Below, in pieces: positions 41,302 to 50,083 of a stretch of DNA of 64,000 bases (positions are counted from its first letter, which is position 1; the number at the start of each line of letters is the position of its first letter). The translations under genes were made by a program, and so were the position numbers. Below the pieces are notes generated by a model that saw nothing but the letters and a program-made list of their open reading frames with translations, was not told the origin of the DNA and made no database searches. Origin of the DNA: Candidatus Poribacteria bacterium (GTDB taxonomy: Bacteria > Poribacteria > WGA-4E > WGA-3G); the NCBI GenBank assembly GCA_965214095.1, contig OZ243938.1, forward strand, positions 1,568,001 to 1,632,000. The letters are read 5' to 3'.

Positions 41302-43386
41302 ATGCATCATATTCAAACCTATAATACGAATCAAATGAAATCTGATAATACAGATGTAACAACATGGGAACTACCTGAAGGTGCAATCGACAGATTAGCA
41401 AGGGGACGGGTGTCGGATATGTCATTTTCAACTGATGGTAAGTATCTTGCCGTCGCAACGCCGATCGGTTGTTGGTTGTATGATAGATTGTCGCTGAAAA
41501 CGATCGCGTTATTTGATACAGAAAGTGGAATGCTTAATACCATTGCCTTTTCACCCGACACCCAGTTCATTGCTACCAGTAATAAAGATGGTGTTTTAAA
41601 GGTATGGGATACACAAACGCTAAAGTGTCTTGCAAAGATAAACCATCGCAAGAATGTAGATGCAGCTTCAGGATATTTTTCGAAGCTCTGCTTTTCTCAA
41701 GATAACCAATACTTAGCCGCATCCTGTTTTGATAAACAAAATGTTGTCTACGCATGGCAACAAAACACTGATAAACCTATGATCTGTTTACCGATTGATG
41801 TAGAAGAAACGAAGGGACACAGCTTTCCCATCTGTTTCTCACCTAATGGGTATCTACTCGCGTATGTGTCTTCTGTATCTCTCCAGAACACTGTAACGAT
41901 TTCCGATATTGAAACCGGTGAACACATCACACATCTTAGCCAATCCTCGGCACTGTCTACATACCGTTTTTCCCCTTGCGGACAATATATAGCAGCTGCT
42001 AATCGGAACAATGAAGTGTTGGTATGGAATGTTCACAACGGCACTTTGGAAACGGAACCAACAGCGTATGATGGAAAGTGGTTAAGCATTGCCTATACAC
42101 CTTATGGCATACTACGCGTTGCCGATATTTACGACTATAAAGTTGTGATTTGGGATGCTATCTCAAAAGAAAAAATAGATACCTTTGAACGCGATAAACC
42201 CAGGTCTGATCATTTTTTAAGCGGACATCATTTACACTTTTCATCCGGTGGCGCACACATCGCAACGATCCTCTCGCGCAGTAAGCTCTGTGTGTGGACG
42301 GTCGGGGCACCATCAAGTAAAGTTTCAAGTCCTGCTGATCATAAACCTGTTGTCCACGCGGTTGCTTTTTCTAAAGACGGAAAGACATTAGCAAGTAGAT
42401 ATGCGTGGGGTATGTATCACGTATTCTGGGATGCTACACAGCGACAAACAGAACAAATATTCCCAACGCCAAATATCCAAGCACAACGCACAGCTCTAAC
42501 TAAAGACCTAACAGAAGAAGAGAAAAAGCAGTGGTACCGTGTCAGTGCCTTGTCACCTTGTAGGGAACGACTGGCACTTCGCGACCTTCCGAGAGGGTCA
42601 GTTGAAATTTGGGATATTGCGTCTGAAACCCTTATTACAGAACTCTCGGACAGTAAGAAATTTAGATCTTGGCGTGAAATGCGTTTTTCACCGACAGGTG
42701 AACGTTTTATCGATACAGCACCGACAGGTGATATTGATGTCTGGGATACACAGTCTGGTGAGAAAGTCAATACACTCGCAGGAGATAACCGACTGATTTT
42801 GACAACTGCGTTTCACCCTGATGGTAAACAACTCGCTGCTGCACCAAAAGGGAGTGCTGGAATGCTTTGGGATATTGACAGCGGTGAACAACTCGGAGTG
42901 TTCCCTACAGAACTGCCAGAAGATACCTCCCTCTATAGAGGCGATCCAGAGCAGATACACCAATATATTCAAAAATATAAAAAAATAATCAAGCAATATA
43001 AGTGTATCCCTTACAAACTCGCCTTCTCTCCTTGTGGCACGATGATCGCCTGTGGGATACAAGATCATATCCGGTTGCGAAATACAGCAACCTTAGAAAC
43101 GCACATGCTTATACTACCACCCGAAACGTGTAGCAGACCGTTTGCACTCACATTTTCCCCCTGCGGAAAATACCTCGTCTCTGGGTCGTGGTGGATAAAG
43201 GGGTTGGACAAAGTATCCATAAGAATATGGGAAGTCGCAACGGGTCAAAATATACACACATTCTGGGGACATACAACAGATGTGCAGGATTTAGCATTTT
43301 CACCGGATGGCAAATATCTCGCAAGTAGCAGTTATGATGGCACCATACTCCTCTGGGATATGAAACCTTTTACCGGTTCAGATTGA
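41302..43386 (+). CDS. WD40 repeat protein, array copy 14
   Basis: Class-B N-terminus; core related to copies 9 and 11. Confidence 0.92.
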   Translation: MHHIQTYNTNQMKSDNTDVTTWELPEGAIDRLARGRVSDMSFSTDGKYLAVATPIGCWLYDRLSLKTIALFDTESGMLNTIAFSPDTQFIATSNKDGVLKVWDTQTLKCLAKINHRKNVDAASGYFSKLCFSQDNQYLAASCFDKQNVVYAWQQNTDKPMICLPIDVEETKGHSFPICFSPNGYLLAYVSSVSLQNTVTISDIETGEHITHLSQSSALSTYRFSPCGQYIAAANRNNEVLVWNVHNGTLETEPTAYDGKWLSIAYTPYGILRVADIYDYKVVIWDAISKEKIDTFERDKPRSDHFLSGHHLHFSSGGAHIATILSRSKLCVWTVGAPSSKVSSPADHKPVVHAVAFSKDGKTLASRYAWGMYHVFWDATQRQTEQIFPTPNIQAQRTALTKDLTEEEKKQWYRVSALSPCRERLALRDLPRGSVEIWDIASETLITELSDSKKFRSWREMRFSPTGERFIDTAPTGDIDVWDTQSGEKVNTLAGDNRLILTTAFHPDGKQLAAAPKGSAGMLWDIDSGEQLGVFPTELPEDTSLYRGDPEQIHQYIQKYKKIIKQYKCIPYKLAFSPCGTMIACGIQDHIRLRNTATLETHMLILPPETCSRPFALTFSPCGKYLVSGSWWIKGLDKVSIRIWEVATGQNIHTFWGHTTDVQDLAFSPDGKYLASSSYDGTILLWDMKPFTGSD

Positions 43387-43459
43387 GGCACTTCCAATAA
43401 GAATGTGCCAATTGCTTGAAACTGAGATGAATTTCCGCTAAACTTTAGCAGGGAGGATT

Positions 43460-44737
43460 ATGATCATGTCAAACATTTCAGATGAACAATTGGTAGTCGC
43501 CGCGGCAAAAGGTGATACCAATGCAATGGAAAACATAAAAGAAAGAGCAATATTTGGAAAATACGGCATACGCAAATGTCTTAAGAAGATGGGATGTACT
43601 GATAAAGAAATATCTCTGCTGGAACCCAAAATAGTCCAGATTTTGTTGGCTTCCATACCCAAATATGAATTCACTGCTCCGTTTTTTGTATACGGATACC
43701 GTCTTGCGGTAAATTATTCTCTCCAATATAAGGAAAACAGGGAAGTTCTACTGTTTGACAAACGGATACATAAGGAAAAAGCATGCCCAAATACACTGCG
43801 GACATTGAGCGACACTCTTGGAAAACCTAAGCATCCGCCGCTTGAACAAATTGACCTTGAGATTCGGACACTTGTGAGTTTACTGAATCAATCACCTGAC
43901 ATTAAAACATCCGGTTCCTCTTGTAGTGGACATCCAGATCAGGAAGAATGGAAAAACGGGAAATGGTCTCAATTTGGAGGATATATTGGGATCATACCAA
44001 TGAGTTCCCCGGACAAGGCATTGGATTTTCTCAACGGTATACTGAAGAAGTTAGATAATTCTAACACACAGACCAAGAATAGATTTTTACCAGCAGACCT
44101 ACAGCAAACAAAGAGTACACTGAATGAAAACATCACTTTCACTGACGCAATTCGCGCACGATACAAGCAAGTAGACGCTGAGGATTTGTTCTGCTCAGAT
44201 GCCCCCGTTGTCTTGATAAACGTTTCATTCCGTTTTTATGTGTGCCATAGCCATGCAAAGCATTCTTTAGAAATCTGGAAACAACTCATCGCGCGTATAA
44301 AAGAGTTGATCCCAGAAGACAGGGAGCTTACTGCTGAAGTTGACACGCCAGAGAAGGCAATGCAGCTATTGCAAAAAGCATTACACCGGTTACCCTTCCT
44401 ATTTAGTGCCACACTTACGACAAGTCAGGAAGGATATCCCGGAATAGTCTTGACTACTGTAGCAGACCTCGCTTTATTACAGTGGTTTTCAACATTAGCC
44501 GATAGGCTGCATGAATGTCTTGATAATGCAGGATATGTAAGTTCTCGCTATACAGAAGATGAAATACCATATGCTGAAAAGTGGTCTTTCACGTTGAGAC
44601 CATTTCTAAACCAAGAATGCATACCGTTACCGCATCTGTTAGCACCGCAGTGGGAACCACGCACTCGTGAAGACCATCTGAAGATTTGGAAACTCCTTGA
44701 GTTAACAGTGGCAGAACAAGTTGAATGTGAAATTTAG
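43460..44737 (+). CDS. hypothetical protein: sigma-70 region 2-like N-terminus fused to a TYW3-like domain
   Basis: SDEQLVVAAAKGDTNAME...FFVYGYRLAVNYSLQY (ECF sigma2-like), then IDLEIRTLVSLLNQSPDIKTSGSSCSGH; no region 4 HTH seen. Confidence 0.6.
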   Translation: MIMSNISDEQLVVAAAKGDTNAMENIKERAIFGKYGIRKCLKKMGCTDKEISLLEPKIVQILLASIPKYEFTAPFFVYGYRLAVNYSLQYKENREVLLFDKRIHKEKACPNTLRTLSDTLGKPKHPPLEQIDLEIRTLVSLLNQSPDIKTSGSSCSGHPDQEEWKNGKWSQFGGYIGIIPMSSPDKALDFLNGILKKLDNSNTQTKNRFLPADLQQTKSTLNENITFTDAIRARYKQVDAEDLFCSDAPVVLINVSFRFYVCHSHAKHSLEIWKQLIARIKELIPEDRELTAEVDTPEKAMQLLQKALHRLPFLFSATLTTSQEGYPGIVLTTVADLALLQWFSTLADRLHECLDNAGYVSSRYTEDEIPYAEKWSFTLRPFLNQECIPLPHLLAPQWEPRTREDHLKIWKLLELTVAEQVECEI

Positions 44738-44861
44738 AGCATTTACCAGTAATCTATATTAAAATGTAATAAGTAAACACCTCGCTATAGAAAATGAAGA
44801 CTAAAAACATTTTGGGGTGATCCACTCAACAATCGTCAAATTGACATTTAGGAGGATTTTT

Positions 44862-46139
44862 ATGTTGTCAAACATTTCAGAGCAAAGATTGATAGTTGCA
44901 GCGGTGAAAGAAGGTGATTCCAATGCATTGGAAGAACTAAAAGAACGTCTAATTTCTGGACAATACGGTATACGCCCTATAATTAATAGAATTCCATGTG
45001 CAGATGCCGACAGAAAAATACTTGAACAACATATTGTGGAGAATATCATCAATGATTTGCATGCACATGGGTTCAGAGGGTCTATCCAGACATCTGGATT
45101 CCGTCTCGCTACCCATTTTGCTATCCAATATAGGAATAATAACGACTTTAGACTTTCTGACCTAGACAGTCCGAAAGAGAAAGTAGTGCTGACTGCAAAC
45201 AATGATCCTGAAGAACCTAAGCACCCTCCACTGGAGGAAATTGACCTTGAGATTCGGACACTTGTGAGTTTACTGAATCAATCACCTGATATTAAAACAT
45301 CCGGTTCTTGTAGTGGACATCCACAATGGCAACCCGATAAATGGACTCAGTATGGAGGCTATCTTGGGATCAGACCTATCAGTTCTCCGCGTAAAACTTT
45401 AGATTTTCTTGTTGGTATGCTGATGCAGTTAGATAATACAGGCACGCCAACCAATAATGCATACTTGCCAGCTGCGCTGCAAGTAGAGGATAGCACACGG
45501 AATGATAACACCATTTCTGTCGAAGCAATTCGTGAGCGATATAAGCAAGCTGACGCGGAGAATTTATACTGTTCCGGTGCGCCTATTGTCCTTATAGGTG
45601 TTTATTTTCGTTTCTATGTTTGTCATCGTGAAGAAAGCCACTCTTTAGAAATCTGGAAACAACTCATCGCACGTATAAAAGAGTTGATCCCAGAAGACGG
45701 AGAGCTTACTGCCGAAGTTGACACGCCAGAGATGGCAATGCAGCTATTACAAAAAGCATTACACCGGTTACCCTTCCTATTTAGTGCCACACTTACGACA
45801 AGTCAGGAAGGATATCCCGGTATTATCTTGCACACAGTAGCAGACCTTTCATTATTCCAATGGTTTTGTGCATTAACCGACAAACTACATGAGCAGCTTG
45901 GCAAAGCAGGATATGTAAGTTCTCGCGATACAGAAGATGAAATACCATATGCTGAAAAGTGGTCTTTCACGTTGAGACCATTTCTAAATCAAGAATGCAT
46001 ACCGTTACCGCATCTGTTAGCGCCGCAGTGGGAACCACGCACTCGTGAAGACCATCTGAAGATTTGGAAACTCCTTGAGTTGGCAGTTGCAGAACAACTT
46101 AAGTCTGAGGGTATTACATTAAAAACTGAAAATACGTAG
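44862..46139 (+). CDS. paralogue of 43460-44737 (degenerate sigma2-like plus TYW3-like)
   Basis: AGGAGG RBS; SEQRLIVAAVKEGDSNALE...; identical IDLEIRTLVSLLNQSPDIKTSG block; near-identical C-terminal third. Confidence 0.6.
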   Translation: MLSNISEQRLIVAAVKEGDSNALEELKERLISGQYGIRPIINRIPCADADRKILEQHIVENIINDLHAHGFRGSIQTSGFRLATHFAIQYRNNNDFRLSDLDSPKEKVVLTANNDPEEPKHPPLEEIDLEIRTLVSLLNQSPDIKTSGSCSGHPQWQPDKWTQYGGYLGIRPISSPRKTLDFLVGMLMQLDNTGTPTNNAYLPAALQVEDSTRNDNTISVEAIRERYKQADAENLYCSGAPIVLIGVYFRFYVCHREESHSLEIWKQLIARIKELIPEDGELTAEVDTPEMAMQLLQKALHRLPFLFSATLTTSQEGYPGIILHTVADLSLFQWFCALTDKLHEQLGKAGYVSSRDTEDEIPYAEKWSFTLRPFLNQECIPLPHLLAPQWEPRTREDHLKIWKLLELAVAEQLKSEGITLKTENT

Positions 46140-46285
46140 TGTATCTCATAAATCATTATAGGACGAGGTTTTGTGCTTCATCCTATCCTGGGAAAAAGAC
46201 AATGGACGGGCACAGAGACTCGCCTCTACGATTTAAGGTAATGTGGTATTATTTCATTTCAAACTGTTTTTATGGTGTGTTTAAT

Positions 46286-48169
46286 ATGCAAAACAAAGAT
46301 TTCACACAGAACTATCCTGAAGAAAACCTTATCTCTTTACCATCCGAGGCGATCGCTCGATTCGGTAGGGGTGATGTAGAAGGTACTGCCATCTCCCCCG
46401 ATGGAAATATGATTGCAGTAGCATCCCGTATTGGTTTGTGGATTTATAATGCTCATACTGAAGATTTCATAAGGCTAATTGCGGTAGAAGGCACAGGTCT
46501 ACTTTCAAGGGTTACTTTTTCTCCAGATAGCACACAGGTTGCTACAGGCGATTGGGATGGCATTGCATCACTATGGGATGTTTCTACTGGAGCAAAACTC
46601 GCAACCTTCAAGAATAAAGATTATGTCATTTCCATTGCTTTTTCTCCAGATGGAAAATCCTTGGCAACTGGAACACGGGATGGTAAAGCAACACTGTGGG
46701 ATATTAACACTGGTAATGAACGTTGGTCGATTTCTCACAAAGATTATGTCACTTCCGTTGCTTTTTCTCCAGACGGTTTACTTTTAGCAACAGGTAGTCG
46801 GGATAGTACATCAAATCTATGTGATGTTGAGAATGGAGAAGTTCAACGGTGTTTCACCCATCAGAAACATAGTGTAGATATTGAATTAGATACCGGGTTC
46901 GTTGAGACCTTTAACAATCTCGGAATCAATTGCATTGCCTTTTCTCCAAATGGACGATATTTTGCCACAGGTGACCGTATCGGAGCTGATATAAAGGGTG
47001 TTACAACATTGTGGGATATTGAAAGCGGGGAGGCTGTGTGGGAATTTGCCCATGAGGACTCTGCGACATCAATTGCTTTTTCAACAGACAATAAATACAT
47101 GGCAACTCGCTTTTCCAATGGAGACACCGATGTTCGTCATATTGCCGATTGCACAACGGCATCAATTCAAGAAGGAAATTGGGCAAAACAGAAAAAGAAA
47201 CCGCCAGCAAGTCATCCACGAGGATTATACGGCTGGCTCGTTAACTTTTCACCAGACGGAAAGCACTTGGCTGCCGTAACACAAATGTCTTCCCTTAAGA
47301 TATGGGATTTAGCATCTGGGATAAACATCAAGACAATTGACCAAGATATTGGACAAGCAGAAGCACTATCTTATGCACACGATGGATATTGCTTTGGAGT
47401 GAGCCGATCATCCAAAGGTGAGACCTCTTGGAATTGTGCGACCTTTTGGAAAGATCAGGAACAAAATATTGACTTTCGGCCTGAAGATCCAAATGCAGAC
47501 ATTTTATCCGCCGCTGTTTCACCTGATACCGAAATTGTGGCTACAGGAGGAGATGATAAAAAAGTTTATTTATGGGATAGAGCAACACAAAAATTGGTTA
47601 ACACACTTTCTGGACATACTGGACCAATAATTAACCTTGCATTCTCCCCTAATGGCACACACTTAGTAAGCACAGGAGGCATTGAAGTGGAAAGACAAGA
47701 AAAAGATGGAACCGTGTATTCTTACCCACTGGAGGATGGTGCGGCAGATCAGACAGCAAGAGTTTGGCATATTGAAACAGGTACTGAGGTCGCAACGCTC
47801 ACGCATCGCTTCAAAGTTGAGACGCTTGTTTTCTCACCAGATAGTACTTGCCTTGCAACTGCCTCTGGGGAAGATGTCCATCTGTGGGATACTAAGACGT
47901 GGCTGAAAATTGTAACACTTGAGACAGTAAGAGTTGAGTCGCTCGGATTTTCGGCGGATGGTTCGCTACTTGCCGTTGGTGGTACAGGACGGAAGCCAAA
48001 GATACAGATATGGAATGTGAAAACAGCACAACTGATTGTAGAATTCTCTGGTCACAAGAGTGATGTGGAATCTGTTGCCTTCTCACCAGATGGCACACTA
48101 TTGGCAAGCGGAGGTTTTGATAGTGTCATCTACTTATGGGATATGAAATCTATTACAGAATTAGATTGA
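46286..48169 (+). CDS. WD40 repeat protein, divergent copy 15
   Basis: LPSEAIARFGRG N-terminus, regular AFSPDG..LATG..D...LWD blades, terminal WDMK. Confidence 0.9.
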   Translation: MQNKDFTQNYPEENLISLPSEAIARFGRGDVEGTAISPDGNMIAVASRIGLWIYNAHTEDFIRLIAVEGTGLLSRVTFSPDSTQVATGDWDGIASLWDVSTGAKLATFKNKDYVISIAFSPDGKSLATGTRDGKATLWDINTGNERWSISHKDYVTSVAFSPDGLLLATGSRDSTSNLCDVENGEVQRCFTHQKHSVDIELDTGFVETFNNLGINCIAFSPNGRYFATGDRIGADIKGVTTLWDIESGEAVWEFAHEDSATSIAFSTDNKYMATRFSNGDTDVRHIADCTTASIQEGNWAKQKKKPPASHPRGLYGWLVNFSPDGKHLAAVTQMSSLKIWDLASGINIKTIDQDIGQAEALSYAHDGYCFGVSRSSKGETSWNCATFWKDQEQNIDFRPEDPNADILSAAVSPDTEIVATGGDDKKVYLWDRATQKLVNTLSGHTGPIINLAFSPNGTHLVSTGGIEVERQEKDGTVYSYPLEDGAADQTARVWHIETGTEVATLTHRFKVETLVFSPDSTCLATASGEDVHLWDTKTWLKIVTLETVRVESLGFSADGSLLAVGGTGRKPKIQIWNVKTAQLIVEFSGHKSDVESVAFSPDGTLLASGGFDSVIYLWDMKSITELD

Positions 48170-48408
48170 AGACACCTCCAATCAGAATGCAATAGGGGGT
48201 AATGTCAATAATTTCAGATGAAGGGCATTAGTTAACAATCTCACTGCTTTAACTGTGAGTCAATGAAATTCAGAGGCATTCAATTGTCAATATTCTCTAT
48301 CGTGGGAGGGGTTTCAAACCCCGATTTAACAACAAAATCAGTCGTCCTCACGCAATTCACATTGCTTTCTATTGCTATAAATGAGGTATTATGATAAATT
48401 GAAGTAAT

Positions 48409-48540
48409 CCCATTTCTAAAAAATGAAAATTCATTGTGAAATTATCGGTTCAAGCAGAGTTGAAGAATGTCCGAGGCGCAATGAATTGAACGACTACAAA
48501 CGCGTTTTTTGTGAATGACAAGCGATCAATTAGGAATGGG
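48409..48540. repeat. MITE-like element with central GTAG-type REP hairpin
   Basis: IR CCCATTTCTAA / TTAGGAATGGG; internal GAGGCGCAATGAATTGAACGACTAC, with related copies at ~5725 and ~60088. Confidence 0.45.
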
Positions 48541-48553
48541 AAAATAGAAGATT

Positions 48554-48999
48554 TTGACATACTCACCGAGTTAAAACTCCGGTGATTCTTTTGAAAGAAT
48601 CACACAAGCAATTGTGGTATCAACGACCTTGTTTAGAAAACCTAATAGGCATTCCAGTGACAAAGCCTACTCCAACAGTTGATGTCCCAACTGCACCTCC
48701 AAAGGAGGTCTTAAGAAACATTTTCACGTGTGAATATCAACGGGATGAGTTTTGAAACTTCTTTCCCTAACACGCAACAGATGTTTTGAAAACTTTAGCA
48801 GTATTGAATAGCAAAGCTTTTACGTGATTGTTTCACTGCTTAGCTATCTGCCGTAGCATCAATCACAACCAATGCCGATTGCTAAAGATATTATATTAGT
48901 TTTTAGATTAAAAGGCAAGTTTTTTCTTGACACACAATAGGAGTGGTGTCTACATCCCCGTGCTAAAGCAACGGGGTCTTGACACCGAAGATATGATAA
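48554..48999 (-). mobile_element. IS200/IS605-family (tnpB-type) non-autonomous relic
   Basis: Minus-strand right end AGAATCACCGGAGTTTTAACTCGGTGAGTATGTCAA; left-end hairpin CCCCGTTGCTTTAGCACGGGG (48956-48976); degenerate tnpB-tail-like GTTGGGACATCAACTGTTGGAGTAGG; no ORF. Confidence 0.65.
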
Positions 49000-49018
49000 A
49001 GTTTGAAGGAGATAAATA

Positions 49019-50062
49019 TTGATGTTAAATTGGGGTGTGATTGGACCTGGTGGTATTGCACGCGTATTCTGCAATGGTATGCGATTTACGGATACTGGAC
49101 AGATTTTTGCAGTTGCGAGCCGTACTAAATCACGTGCAGAGAGTTTTGCAGATATTTTTGATATACCACGTCGTTATGGGAGTTATGAAGCACTGTTAGC
49201 TGATGGAGATATTGATGCAGTTTATGTTGCGACTATTCACCCACATCACGCGGAGTGGGTAATTAAAGCCGCTGAGGCAAAGAAGCATATTTTGGTTGAG
49301 AAACCAATTAGTATTGATCATGCGACCGCTTCAACGATGGTGGACGCTGCCCGTAAGAATGATGTGTTCTTGATGGAAGCGTTTATGTATCGTTGCCATC
49401 CGCAGATACAACGCATGGCTGAGTTGATTCAGGACGATGCAATCGGTGAGGTGCGTTTCGTTCAAGCGACATTTGGGTTTCAAGCAGGTTTCAATCCAGA
49501 AGGTCGCCTTTTCAATCGTGAAATGGGTGGTGGTGGAATTCTTGATATTGGATGTTATACTGCCTCAATAGCTCGTAAAGTTGCTGGTGCGGCTGTGGGT
49601 AAACTGTTCTTAGATCCGATTTCAGTAAAGGCGCATGGGAAGATTGGACCGACGGGTGTTGATCACATTGCAGCGGCGACACTGAAATTTGAGAATGAAA
49701 TTATTGCTGAGATCGTCTGTGCTGTTGAATGTAACATCGGTAGTAAAGTTATTATCTACGGTTCTGGTGGGACAATTACGATTCCAAGTCCTTGGCTGCC
49801 ATCTTCACCGTGTCGTGGTGCGAGCGGTGCAATGCCTTTAGATACAACCTTCCCACCAAGTATACTTGTTTTGAACTCCTATCAAGATAGAGAAACAACG
49901 GAGATATCCGTTGAAGTAGACCGTGACCTATTTACCTATGAAGCAGATATGGTAGCAAACCATATTTCTGATCGACAAGCACCTGCGATGTCTTGGGATG
50001 ACACATTAGGAAATATGAAGGTGTTAGATGCTTGGCGTGCAGAGATAGGCGTTGTTTATTGA
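49019..50062 (+). CDS. Gfo/Idh/MocA family oxidoreductase
   Basis: WGVIGPGGIA, IDAVYVATIHPHH, HILVEKP, GGGILDIGCY. Confidence 0.93.
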   Translation: MMLNWGVIGPGGIARVFCNGMRFTDTGQIFAVASRTKSRAESFADIFDIPRRYGSYEALLADGDIDAVYVATIHPHHAEWVIKAAEAKKHILVEKPISIDHATASTMVDAARKNDVFLMEAFMYRCHPQIQRMAELIQDDAIGEVRFVQATFGFQAGFNPEGRLFNREMGGGGILDIGCYTASIARKVAGAAVGKLFLDPISVKAHGKIGPTGVDHIAAATLKFENEIIAEIVCAVECNIGSKVIIYGSGGTITIPSPWLPSSPCRGASGAMPLDTTFPPSILVLNSYQDRETTEISVEVDRDLFTYEADMVANHISDRQAPAMSWDDTLGNMKVLDAWRAEIGVVY

Positions 50063-50083
50063 ACAAATTGAGGACAAGATACT

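Noticed and set aside
15179-41302. Integron cassette array (attC sites) or CRISPR repeats at WD40 junctions
   Set aside because: There is no integrase or cas gene, no RYYYAAC...GTTRRRY-bounded palindromes, and no short repeat-spacer periodicity. The repeats extend into coding sequence.
12857-41651. Recurrent minus-strand ORFs ending ...AIAPSGSSQVVTSV... opposite the WD40 5' ends
   Set aside because: They are antisense shadows of the conserved DVTTWELPEGAIARL coding block, with inconsistent starts and lengths and no RBS.
13119-43386. Diversity-generating retroelement acting on the WD40 array
   Set aside because: No reverse transcriptase or non-coding template repeat is in the window, and I saw no adenine-specific pattern in differences between near-identical blocks.
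46139-46285. N-terminal extension of WD40 copy 15 given by the ORF track
   Set aside because: The region contains a REP-like hairpin ending CTCTAC. Leader length by analogy with other copies favours ATG 46286.
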